DNA from: Veleropilina oligotropha
Lineage: Eukaryota
Reading direction: 5' to 3'
Length of the DNA: 64,000 nt
Assembly (NCBI GenBank): GCA_048128005.1
Contig: JBEUKZ010000023.1
Location: 124,001-188,000, forward strand
Under the pieces are notes generated by a model. It was not told where the DNA came from and searched no databases. It saw only the letters and a list, made by a program, of their open reading frames with translations. A program made the translations under genes and the position numbers. Below, piece by piece: positions 8,361 to 21,300 of the stretch; within the stretch, counting starts at the first letter, position 1, and each line of letters opens with the position of its first letter.

Positions 8361-8977
8361 ATAAATAAAATTGTATGGCAGTTTAGCGCTGCCGTAGAGA
8401 CCAGATTACAGAATAAAACTTTATTCCAAATGACTGTCTCCGCATAAACATAGGCACGATATCGGTCCATTCCTCCTGCGCATCAATATGATGTGTTTGT
8501 TCTGTGTGTCCTTAGTAGTCGAAGGTACCTTTTTTGAATCATGACAAATTTCGAGTAGGCTAACTCTGTGCGATTCAGTGAATGCTATTTTAATAATGTT
8601 CTTCCTTCGCAATAGTCGTGCATGCTTGAGGGTTAAAATAATGGAGTAGATAACTTGATTTCATTGGAATTATTTCGAACAAGAACAGAATCTTCTATCG
8701 CCAAGTTGTTAAATCGGGCTAGACTACGATCGTCTTTTTACTTCTTCATGTATTGCTTTGCCTTTTCGTCATTTTGTTTCGGTCTTGGGCAATTTTGTCA
8801 GGGTATTTCTTCCCATAAGTAGTCAATATGGTTTAACTCCTGTAAAAGCAGGTGGCTTTGTGCGATACTGTCATAGAAATGTATTGATTTCTTGAATTAT
8901 TGAGGGTGCCCAAAGATACTAGAGCCACCCAGATAAATTATTGGAGGGGCCCGCCCCCCCCGGTTCCTACGCCTATG

Positions 8978-11900
8978 AAGGGTAGGACCCAGACGAAAGA
9001 TAATCACTAGCATAGGGTGGCATCCTTGATGAAACAATCCACCCTGTGCTTCCAGGGTAGATCCTTGGACCGGGAGCTAAGGGCGAGGTAACCCAGACAG
9101 AAACCTCGGATGCTGAAGACGGAGATGCTGGGCCGCAGGCGCATTCTAATAAACCACAGCAGCACGCAACAACAGCCATAATGACACTTGAAAATCCGCG
9201 AATCACTCGAGATGGTGCTCACCCTGTGAAGACGCGCCAGGCGGGTGCAGCACCCGACTCCGTACCATCGACGTATTCAAACCTCAGCTACTGGAGGACC
9301 CTTCAACACGTCCTGTGAAGCCAGGGGACGTGGGAGAAGAGTTACTGGCCACCGAAACGCCAGCATCAGAGAACAAGAATATGCTAATATAATCACCATG
9401 CACTGGAATGCAGAAGGGATTTGCAACAAGAACACTGAGCTGGAATATTGCATGCGAGAAAAGGGTATTAACATCTGATGTATACAAGGAACACACATGC
9501 TAGAAAACAATTCCTTCAAGATCAGAGGGTACCAGGTTTTCCGGAGAGATCGCCAAGGGAGAAAGAAGGGAGGAGTGATGATCTTGGTTCAAAATAACCT
9601 GACTGCCACAGAAACGATGAGATTCATGAAGGAGGCAGAATACTTCGAGGTGAAAATGTCCACTAAGGTCAGCTCCCTTGACATAGTTAAATACTATACT
9701 GTCCCAATGATAAGATGCTGTCACTCGATAAAATCCGAGTCCCGGATAACAGCTTCATCATAGCAGGAGACCTCAACAGCCAGTCCTGAGTTGGGGGTAC
9801 AACACGATGGAAAGCGATAAGCCATAGAGGCATGGCAGGATGAAAACCACCTAATACTTGACAATGACCATATATTCTATTCGCGCCGTTGGTACACTAC
9901 AACAACATCATACCTGACATTAAGCGCAAAAGATGTACACCAACACCTCATCAGAACAGTCGGACCTCAGTTAGGAGGAAGTGACCACCGCCCAGTTATT
10001 CTTACGTACTCTGGAAGTAAAGCAAACAGTTCATCAAAACCACCAAGATGGAATGACAAAAATTCAAAATGGACACTTCAGTATCCGAGGAAGGGAGGAA
10101 TGATGGTTAATGTCCTGTATATTTACAACATCGAGGTTCAAAGCAGGACATGTCCGTGTTATCGCGGGAGGAAACCCCGGTCGCCGGGTAAACCCGCCCT
10201 CTGGCATGCACAAGAAGAAGCTGGAGAGAGAAAACAGCAGGACTCAACATGGAGAGAGACACCACCAAGCTGTGGAGACTGACCAGAACATTGAACGACG
10301 AGGACACTAGGGAATATAAGATCATCATAGAAGATGAAGGAAGAACGCTGACAAGAAAGGCAGTAGCAAATGCATTTGCACAACAATATGCAGAGGAAAG
10401 CAACACAATGGTTCCTCGAATGCATCAGAAAGAAATCAGGCAGAAGGTAAGAGTAAGAATGAATGACAACAAACCTCGTGACTCTATTGAAGAAAGATAT
10501 CACCATTTCTGAAATGACGAAAGCTATCAAACAACTGAAGAAGATGAAATATCCACGTCCAGACAGCATCTCCAACGAAATGCTACACTTCAGCAACACA
10601 GCTCTGAAGAAACTACTAGACATATTTAATCTTAGTTGGAGAGGACAGGTACCACAGCTAGTGTTGGAAGGAAGCCCAAATGATTCCCATTCTGAAAAAA
10701 GGGAAGAACAAGTCAAAGGTGACGAGCTATCGCCCCATCAGCCTGGCCAGCTGACCATGGAGCACATCATCAATCAGCGCCTGCAGTGGTTCCTGAACTC
10801 TGAGAGCATCCTAGTGCCAGAGCAAGCCGGCTTCAGAAAGTGCAGGAGCACAGGTCAGACAACACACCTCAATCAAGATCATTGAGGATGCCTTTCAATC
10901 AAAGAAAGTGGTTCTAGCTGATTTCATCGACTTGCAGAAGGCCTTCGACAAGGTGTGGAAGGATGGTCTTCTTGTCAAACTCATACGCAATGGAATCAGA
11001 GGCAAAATGTACCAGTGGACAAAGTCATACCTGCACAACCGTAGAGCAAAGGTAATGGTGGATGGACGATGTGGCCAGAAAGTGCTGCTGTGCAAAGGAG
11101 TCCCCAGGGAGGCTATTCATACTTTTCATCCACGACCTTGAACCAGAGCTCTCCAAAGAAATCCATGCTGCTCTAAACGCTGATGACTTGGTGCTCTGGT
11201 GCACGGAAGAGTATGCAACAACTGTCACATACCAAATGCAACGGACCTTGGACAAAGTTACAGCTCTGACGAACAACTTGTGCGTGACCATCAACAAAGA
11301 AAAATCAGCAGCAACACATGTCTCACTTTCCACCAAGGTAAAACCAGGCAAACTGTCCCTGTCAAACACTCCACTCCAGTATGAACACCAACAGACATGC
11401 CTGGGAGTAACCTTTGACAAACGACAGACATGGAAGAAACACATCCAGAATGCAGAGACAAAGGCCAGAAGAAACCTAACATCATGAGGAAACTGGCTGG
11501 AACGAAATGGAGTGCAAATAAGAAGATTCTCAAAAACGTTTATCAAGGGACAGTACAACCACACCTAGAGTATGGATCTAGCTCTTGGATGACGATGTCC
11601 CGAATCACGCACTGTGCATAATTATCGGCGCAATGAGATCAACACCGATTGAAATATGGAACGAATAGCAGGCATTCCACCACTGAGCAGAAGAATCGAG
11701 TGCAAAGCCATGATCGAGAATACAAAGTTCAAGTCGTCGGAAGATCATCTGATGAGTAGCAGACTGAAGAAGCTCTCATCCGGCAGACTCAAAAGATCGA
11801 GCTTTGTGAGAGGCAAGAGAGATACAGAGGAAACTTCAAGAAAAGCTACCATCTCTGGTTGAAATTGTGAACCCTACCAGTAACAATCGACCCTGGGAAA

Positions 11901-12746
11901 GTAAGCTGGGGAACATCATCTACACTTCAGTACCATACCTAACAACCAAAGTGATGAGAACCCTTACTCTAATCATGCTTGATGAAAAGTACCCCCATGA
12001 ATCATGGTGTACACTGATGGGTCGGCCACAGATTCAGTCCAGAGAGGGGGAGCTGGGGGTTACAACCAGTATCCAGACGGACAGTTGCGAGCAGAGGCAA
12101 TGCCAACTGGCCTCCACTGTTCCAACTACAGAGCTAAAGTGGAAGCCCTTATCCATGCCGTAAACATCATAAACAACAATGCAGACCCCAAAACCCATGC
12201 TGTCTTCCTAACAGATGCTAAGTCAGTGCTACAAGCTGCAGGAGCAAACAAACTACCACAGCTGGAAGAAGCACTGCAACGCATCATGTGCATCAGACTT
12301 GCACTGCAATGGATTCCCTCCCACTGTGGCATCCATGGCAACAAAGAAGCGGATAAAATGGCAAAGCTGGGTGCAAAAGATGAACAAGAGAATAAAATAA
12401 TCGCCACAGAGATGAAGACCATTATCAAGTCACTGTATAGTGCACCACACGAACAAGATGGATATCACCATCTGTCATTCAAGATCAGAGCAGGTGCATC
12501 GCTTCCGTCTACGAACTGGGCACAACAGACTTAACAAACACATGTACAAGCATTCCATCTTGACGCTGACCAAACTACAGAGCACGTCCTTCAGGACTGC
12601 AGAAGCCACCAGCAGTTGAGAGAGATCTGGTCAATGCCTGCTGGCCTACAAGAGAAGTTGTATGGACCGGCGGAGGCCTCGAGGCAATAGAGACATTTCA
12701 TTCAGAGGGCTGCTCTCCAAGTGTGTGGCGAACGAAAAGAAGAAGA
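8978..12746 (+). mobile_element. Decayed non-LTR retrotransposon (I group, Ingi/Nimb-like) with APE, RT and RNase H
   Basis: Frameshifted fragments: APE (MHWNAEGI, IIAGDLN, GSDHRP), RT (FIDLQKAFDKVW, GVP, NADDLVLW), RNase H (YTDGSA, WIPSHCGIHGNKEADKMAK). 3' (GAA)n tail at ~12737-12746. A SINE fragment is inserted at ~10087-10203. Confidence 0.9.
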
Positions 12747-12757
12747 CTGAATAAATA

Positions 12758-13202
12758 AACTAGCAAATGCTCGATGTATCCTCTCCCACAGTAGGAAAAA
12801 TCGATAGGAGTCGTGCCCTCATCATACCACAAGTGTATATCAAGTTTGAATCAAATCGGATATCTTTTCACGGTAGAGTGCGCAGAAGAAATCTCTCCAA
12901 AGAAAATTTCCACCATGGCGGCAATCTAGAATCCGAAAACGACGAAAATCGTTAGGCGACGTGTCTTCATCATAACTAACGCGCATATTAAATTTGAATC
13001 AAATGGTTAACACGCACAAGAAATATCTCCAAACATATCTTGAATCGAAAAACGACGAAAATCGTTAGACGGCGTGTCCTCATCATAACTAACCTGCATA
13101 TCAAATCGTATTAGAACTTTTTTATGTAGAGCGCACACAAGAAATCTCTACGGCAGCGGCGGCTGAACAATGACTAAACCATACTCTTGTCCGGGGATAC
13201 AA
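12758..13202 (+). mobile_element. Helentron/HINE-like non-autonomous element with internal tandem repeats
   Basis: AACTAG start, subterminal gtatcc…/ggggatac, ~115-bp internal repeats, CGG microsatellite; same family as 38656-39484 and 43370-43552. Confidence 0.6.
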
Positions 13203-13379
13203 CTAGCACTGGTTTCAATCGATGCTCAATATCCCATTACAACACCCTTCATGATCATACCAGGACATCTCCATATTATCGTTGTTGGAAAGCTCGGTCG
13301 CCTGAGAAAATCTGTCGGCATCATCCAGTTGTAGGTGGACAACTGTCACTGTCAATTGAACAAAGTGCCCTTTCAATGA

Positions 13380-13635
13380 TTGGATTTGATCAATGCATAA
13401 TGTCCTGTATATTTACAACCTTGAGTTTCAAGGCAGGACATGTCCATATTATCGTGGGAAGAAAGCCTGGTCGCTTGTGGAAACCCGCCCTCTCCAGCCA
13501 ATTACAGACAACTGCAATTGGTAACTGAACAAATGTCATTGTCCCATCTGAGATTCAAATCTACGCTTTTTAGTTAGAGTAATCGAGCCACTGATTTCAG
13601 AGTCGGCATTCGAGACCACACGACTACCGGTGCGA
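13380..13635 (-). mobile_element. V-domain tRNA SINE copy (further copies at ~14098-14370, 17965-18190, 29431-29570, 31570-31710, 41200-41370 on -, and 45360-45480 on +)
   Basis: Shared atgtcctgtatatttacaacc…caggacatgtccatattatcg…aaacccgccctc sequence. Confidence 0.75.
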
Positions 13636-13734
13636 CCTCCCTCCCTCCCAAGGATTCAAACTCACTCATGTTAATCATCAGATTCCATCAGGCAGGTACA
13701 TAATAAGGAGTTGTAAGTAAAATAACAAACTTTG

Positions 13735-16700
13735 AAAAGGCAAACCTGATTTATTCAAGTCACAGTAATATGGTCGGATAAAAACGATTTACAAAATCTC
13801 ACAATAGACATTTCATAAGCAAAGTTTTTTTTACACAAAATACAAAACTAATATAGTTATAACATTTAGCAACAAGATACTTATGACAAAACAACAGATC
13901 AAAAGAATGTTAAGAACAGCAAATTGGTACGTCTTCTTGATAACCAAACTGTGAGACAATGATCAAAGATTTAATCTGGAAGACAAAACTCAAGTGAAAT
14001 TGATGATGCGTAAATAGTTATGGAGGCAGATCTTTTCACAAAATTAAATAATTTTCAATCAATTTTAAAATACATATATACAAGACAGATTTTAGATTGG
14101 ATCGATGCTTAATGTCCTGTATATTTACAACCATCAGGTTCAAGGCAGGACATGTCCATATTATCAAGGGAAGAAAGCCTGATCGCTCGGGGAAACTCGT
14201 GCTATCCAGACATCCGTAACTGATAACTGAACAAAGATTCCAACCCACTCTGTTAGTTACCGCAATCGAGCCATACTCCTATAAGATATGAGACCGGGTT
14301 GACGTGTCTGTATAGGAACTAACAGGCTCTAACGTTGTTGGAGTAAATCGAGCCAGTGATTTCAGCGGCCACATATTTTAGAAGTCATGATATTGCAATA
14401 GTAGTATTTCAAGATAACTTACATAAAAAATAATTGGAAATACTGTACTGCACTAAGATTTGAATAAATTCTTAATATCCCGTGTTAACAGTAAACATCC
14501 TTCATGGCCAGAAGGAAAGCCTGTTCGCCCAGAAAACCAGCCAGTTATGGACAAATTTTACTGCAATGTTACGCTATCATTCAAAGCCAAATATTAAAGC
14601 TCGATCCAATCCAATCCGCGCTATCCACCATGTCACAGGGCAGCCCTTTTTTTCGAATCACATTTAATTCATAATGTTTGCGACAAAGAATAAAGCCAGA
14701 ACTACAAAAGCTAATGTTTTGCCATTTACAGATCAATTTTTGGTTGGTGAGAATTAGGTATTGAGCTGTAATTTCAGATCGAGCCTTGTCGACAGCAAAT
14801 GTCACTGCTTGATATTTAGATATGTGCAAAGCCACGATAATGTACTTTCTTTACATTTACATATACGACATTCATAGGTGATCCGTTGACGAAGCAAATC
14901 TTTCTATAACAGGTCGATGCAATTCTTCTTGAGATAATATGTACATGTCTGACTCGGAAGGATGCGAAAATCGATTAAAATGAGACATTACCCATAGATC
15001 TGAAAGAAACCAAACCGCTAGGATAAGGATAAAATAGAAAAGTCTACAAACTGCGTCATCAGAGATGCCCTTGATGAGACAAAATATCGGGCCAGATACT
15101 AGTAACATGATTGTGATACAACCCTGTCACCAACAAATAGAATGCTGGTGTGGTGAGAGCTATAGGTCAGAACTGACGGAAACATTGTGTCATGTAGGAG
15201 CAGAAATATCACAAGCACGAAAATAAATACAATACTTAGTAAAAGCAAAATTAATATATTTAATATATACGACAGACAACATTCATGATAAATGATGTTA
15301 AAAGCACCTTACCCATCGTCATTACAGATTCCGATAACTCCATTAGACATACGTAAACATTTGTAGTGCAATGCTCCATAAATTTATCATGAGAATAATG
15401 TGCGAAAAATGTATAAAGATTGAGAAGTTATTCACTAAATATCTTTACTAAAATAAAGATTTTCAAATTTTGCATTATGAAAATTTTGCATTACAAAATG
15501 GCAAGTGAAATATAACCATTTACAATACAAGGGAGACATCATATTTAGGATAGCTAAACTAAATGCCATTTACTTGAAATAAAGCAATACATTACAAATC
15601 TACAGAAAATAAAATAGGCACATTTTGGATACACTGTTTTAATGCTCCAATAAAATAGCAATACCAATTAGTAGTTTATACAATTTGTCTTTGTACAGAG
15701 TCAATTATATCAACTATTAAGATACTGCTTTTAGCTAGCAATCTATGCATGCAAAACGAAAAGAAATATATCTACATTTATCACAACAATGAGATTTAAA
15801 TAAATCTGTAGGCAAGACTTTTTCAGTTCATGTATCCTTATCACGCATAAAGCAACATTAAGTATGTACAATTCATTCATGCCATCGCATGGAGGCATCA
15901 CTCTAACTATTTTATTTTATTTGAAGATATGAATACAGTAGTACATGTACTTCAAAGCGTTAAATATTGTGTCTTTGACAATTTCTTCTGGTGGAATATA
16001 CTACGTACATACATAATTTGGTTATATTTAAGAATAGCCCATGTGTATTTTTCATACGCTTTCTTCAAGAAATGAATGCTCTTTGAATTAATTATAAGCC
16101 ATTATCACAAATGTAAAGGTAAACAGAATTTCAATAATAAAACTAACCAATAAGCGTGAAATGTTTAGATATCCAAGTCGTTTACTGGATAGTGATATTT
16201 ATAAAATAGAACTAGTAGAGTTTAGTTATTTATAGTAACATTGCTGTATACAATTAATATTCTACACGTATTGTCAATGCACTTACAAAATGAAAGAATA
16301 GCACCTTAAAACTGAGCATTGCTGAAAATAACACTCAAGGCAAATGATCCATCTCCAAACAATTACACCATACATGCCAATGTATGTTGTTAATACAAGA
16401 TAAATGTATCTTCTTCACGACACAATCATAATGAGCATCACATATGAGCATCACGATCTTATCTGAGCATCACGATCTACATCCTGAATTTAAAAACAAT
16501 TTTTCACAAATGAATAAAGCACGTGGTTCAAATATTTATTTGTTCAACAGCTATACAAAAGCAATCTATGTCGCATCATAACAGCCAAAAACGACACAAA
16601 ATTACAGTTTGAAGTTTCTAATAATTTATAAACAAATATGCTTTAAATGATGATCAGTCAAAGTGACAATAACCACACAAAACAAATAGCAACATGATTG

Positions 16701-17492
16701 CTACTAATCCAACTAATAACACAAACATGATGTTTTTGTTTCTGGTAACTTAACCCCTAAGATCAGTCTAATGATATGTGCCATAACAATGACTTGATTA
16801 ATTTTAATACTGTGTACTCGAAAAGAACATCTACGATCATATTTGGATAAATCTGTGTTTTTGTGGAAGTGAAGCCAGAAATATCAGGTGAAACTCACCC
16901 ACCTTCACCACTTTTGGAATAATGTATTTAATTTAATTTTACAGTGACAGGCAGCTCAGTGTGACTGTGCTTAGAGCCACGCTCTTATCACGGTCTCGTA
17001 ACATTACAAAGCTTGTATACATGTATATGAATTGTATCAAGTCAGTACACAGATGACATGCCCTATCAAATCAGTTATTTTCCGGCCACTAATATGCATT
17101 AGCTACGAAGTATCGATCAATTTTGAGTAAACATTGATGTCGTAAATATAGTGCTGATGCCACATATTACAATGCATATATGTTTTATAGTTAATGACGA
17201 TGGATTAGTAAATCCTGGTAATATGATTTATTACTTGGTCAGTGCAACAATATAAACCCGCACAAAATGTGTCCAATATCACGGTGTTATGACCTTGTGT
17301 TGGATATAACAGTGCAATACGTCATTTCTGTATAACATGGTCCCCACATTAATTCCCTTATATTAAAGTTAATTTTGAGATAGTCACGATTCTTTGTTAA
17401 ATGTTTCCTGCCGCTGATTTTTCTTGGCGTTACCCTTTAACAATGTCTTCTATACGATGGTCAGATAGTAACAATGATCATTCCACAGTCAA
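13735..17492 (-). other. SEPT2: Probable terminal non-coding (3' UTR) exon of the septin gene
   Basis: Acceptor attttgtttcAG before 17492 (minus strand), followed by a repeat-poor AU-rich stretch with AATAAA signals (tttatt on + at ~16535, ~15911, ~13751). The 3' end is uncertain. Confidence 0.45.
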
Positions 17493-18240
17493 CTGAAACA
17501 AAATAATGACAGCCATTATAGTATACATTACAGAGATAATTATAAATGTCAATATATTCAGCATGAATAAGATGACGAATTGATGTTCAATGACCATGCC
17601 AACAGTATTTCAGTTATAAATCTGGTCAATCAACTTTGAATGAAGTGGTGCTGTGTGCAAAGGAAGCAACGTTCATTGGAAAAATCTCCGGCACTCCCGG
17701 GGTTTGAACCCTTTACCGCCAGATAGTAGACCAGCACTGTATCCACTTGACCATGCTGCCCCCGCCCCCCCCCCCCCCCAACGAACTTCAATATCAGTCA
17801 AATTTTTATTTATGTTATAAAGTGACCATGTGATGTTCGCACCTGGAAGTCAATTGGATGCTTTGCCAATGATAAAAGATACATTGTTTCACAACAAATT
17901 TAGGTTTTATCACAAGCAACAGTTGAAATTAACTTACACACACCAACACCACAATGGATTGGGTTGATTCTTAATGTCCAGTATATTTACAACCCTCAGG
18001 TTCAATGCAAGACATGGCCACATTATCGCGAGAGGAAGGCCGGGACGAGCCGCCCTAAAACTGACCAGTTACCGACAACTGTGATTCATAACAGAACAAA
18101 TAATGTCATGTCTTAACTAACATTTACACCCACTACTGTTTGTCAGCAGAATCAAGCTAGTGGTTTTAGAGTTGACACTACACCACAAAGGCTATTTGAG
18201 AACTTAAACTTTAAACTATAGTAATACTTACGTCCATCTC

Positions 18241-18387
18241 CTACACGTTGTGCGACTTGACTGCGCCGTTCTGCTGTGGATGCGGGGGGTGGGGGTGAGG
18301 GGGATGATTTGGAGGGGGTGCATTCTGTGGCGGTTTTGCCTGCATTTGCGCCTGCATCTGAGTTATCATTTCCTGCATCTTACGGAG
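18241..18387 (-). CDS. SEPT2: Septin last coding exon [48 protein letters not shown]
   Basis: tttcAG acceptor; the LRxMQEMI motif matches the SEPT2 C-terminus; donor GTaagt 9 nt after the stop. Confidence 0.9.
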   Translation of the reverse strand, partial: LRKMQEMITQMQAQMQAKPPQNAPPPNHPPHPHPPHPQQNGAVKSHNV

Positions 18388-21300
18388 CTGAAATAAAGAG
18401 AAAAGAATGTCGTACTGTAAATAAATATCACAATAAAACATTATTCGTAGAAAGGCTGAATAAAATTAATTTTTAGATTCTCAGGTCCTTTTTAAACAAG
18501 AGCCATCAGAAGAAGGAATATCCCCCCAGCGCTCAGATGGTCCGGAAAAGATCATTTAAAAATAGCAAAAGACATCAATTCACCATGTACTTAATACACC
18601 CACCAAGTGTCATAAAGATATGTCAAGCGGCTTAAGAGATATGCTCCGGAAAAGATCATTTTATCTAATTTGAGAAAAGGGCAATAACTCTGCAAAAATT
18701 AAAATAGCAAAAGGACAATAGCTTTGTCTTTTAAACCGCTGTGACGATTATTGACAAAGTCCAAAAGATCATTTTTTCTAATTTCAATTAATTAGGCGCA
18801 TTTAAGTTAAAGCAAGAAGACAGAGCCATCAATATCCCCACAATGGTCCATTCACAATGACTATATGCTGTATGTTCCTGAAACTACAATAGGATATCAG
18901 TAAGCGCAATATCGTTGTTTTAAGTAATAACAAGTGAAATAACTCTGTCAATAATCGCAGTACAATATCAATATTGGCGAAAGGCACCAGTGAACCAACT
19001 ACAAGAGATTTAAGAGATATGCTCCAGAATAGATAAATAACAAGGGCAATACCTCTTATCATAAATCACAGCACAACGTCAAAATTACGAAAAGACACGA
19101 GATAACCTACTACTAAATACCCCCACCAAGTTTTGTAAAGATACGTCAAGGAGTTTATGAGATATATTCCGGAAAACGGCAAAAGGCAACAGCTACTGAA
19201 TACACCCACCAAATTTCATAAATATATGCTTAGCGCTTTATGAGATACGCTCTGGAAAAGATAACATTAACGAATTTACAACAAGGGAAATAACTCTGTC
19301 AAAACTGGTAAAGGCACCAGTTCACCGACTACTTAATTTCGTCAAATTATGTTGAGCGGTGTATGAGATACGTTCCGGAAAAAATAACATAAACAAATTT
19401 ACAACAAGGGCAATAACTCTGTTAATAATCGCAGCTCAACTCCGAAACTGGCAAAAGGCACCAGTGCACCATGTCCTTAATAAACCCAACAAGTGTCATA
19501 AAAATATGTCCAGCGGTTTAATAGATATGCTCTGGAAACGAAATGATTAGACGGACGGACATGCTGATGACTATATCGATAATCCCCCAGCATTATATGC
19601 CGGAGGATAAAAAGGTGATGAAGGCGGGAGGCTTTTTTACTTAATACATTTCAACGTTTTCATATAAACTGTTTGAACTGAGTTTTTTACATTCTGACCT
19701 GAATTTTTATGGCAGCAACGTCGCATTTAACTGGCAGTCTAATGTTATTATTATTTTTTTTATTGACGCGCATCATAAATGTGATGCACGCTAAGAAGAA
19801 AAGACTAATTTACATTTTTAAAAAGCTTTTGTTCATCTACAAAGATGACAGGGCAGTGAAAAGGTCTTTGGCAGTTTTATTGAACTGCCTCAATCAGTTA
19901 TGTACAAACAATTATTTCTATTTTTACTGTTGAATTATAAAAAACAACAATTTCAAAAAAATGTTGAAGTCAAGGGGGTGGGGGTGCTGCAGTACACTGG
20001 AAATTTACTTAGATTCCTCACACAGGCTGTAAATAAAATTACTGAAACATTTAGATTATTCAGAATATGCACATTGTGTGTGCGTATGCACTTTTGTGGG
20101 TGGGTGGTGGTAATGGTGGTGGGGGGGAGGGGGGGTGCATGCATGCATGCCGCATTGTGTGCAAACATGTGCATATATATTTCTCATAAAATAGTCAGTG
20201 ACTAGTAAGAATATCACTAATTTAGAAGTTATAATTATTATTGCCTTGATGGCGACGAAAAATGTCAAACTGGGGTCACATTAAATGCATTCCCATAGCA
20301 GTGACATCATGCAAAAGAGGCATGACGATGATGCGAGTACATCAGGCAAACACAGGTATATCAGTGTCCAGTCAAATGTCACATCTAATTATCAGTTCAC
20401 AATTACTAAAAACTTGTATTTTATATCATAATATATTTGTCATTTTTGTGTTATCGAACATCGACACGCCATTTACAATGTCAGCTGTTCTGATATTGAA
20501 AGTAGTCGAAGGGGCGTGGCTACAAGGTGTTGTCCTTCTAAGAGCCTATCATGATGTGTTGACCCAATTCTTTGACACATGGTAGTATTGAAACAACATT
20601 ATGCATGACATGACATTATTTTATAGCCTTTCACGGACATTCGTGGTGTAAAATCAACGTTATACCCTGTGATAAATTCCAGCTCCCATCAGCTGATCTC
20701 CAAATGTAAACAACAAACGTTATAGTCTCTAAACATCGTAAAATATGATAGTAAACAAAGCAAATTCACCGATGTTTCTTGGTTGACACAAGTTCTATGT
20801 ATTTACGCATGTCCGGATACAGTTTACATGCCATAGCTATTAATTGTTCATTTCTGCTTATCTATATTTAGGATAGGGGTCATTTCGACCCCTATCCGCT
20901 ACCAAAGAGTTAATCAGAGCAGTCAACCGAATAAATGGGAGGTGTGATCCTTTTCATTCCACTACTGGGCGTTATGTAGCAGGCATGTTAAAGGTTATCA
21001 GGTGCATTATGGGAAATACCTCTGCTTCTTTTTCGACCAGCTGCTTTTCTCGATCTGTAAATTCTTTGTCCTGGCTCTCTGGTCTTCTTGATTTGCTATA
21101 AAATACAGGCAATAGAGAAGAGGTAACAAAATGTTCTAAGTTGCATGCATTTTGCTTCAACATATTACACATTTTCTTCTTAGAACTACAAATATGTCTA
21201 TTTGTTATAGTGCATTCACAAATCATTAGACTTACATCAAATAACTTGACAAATGGCCAGAGTGACAAGATTTAAGGGAGATAACTCTCACTAATTTGAT

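Noticed and set aside
8450..8977. MITE ending in ggttcctacgcctatg directly before the LINE
   Set aside because: The right end looks TIR-like, but the left counterpart (cataggcacg) matches only 7 bp.
9245..9310. 2A self-cleaving peptide at the LINE N-terminus (as in Ingi elements)
   Set aside because: The sequence reads SATGGP; no DxExNPGP motif was found.
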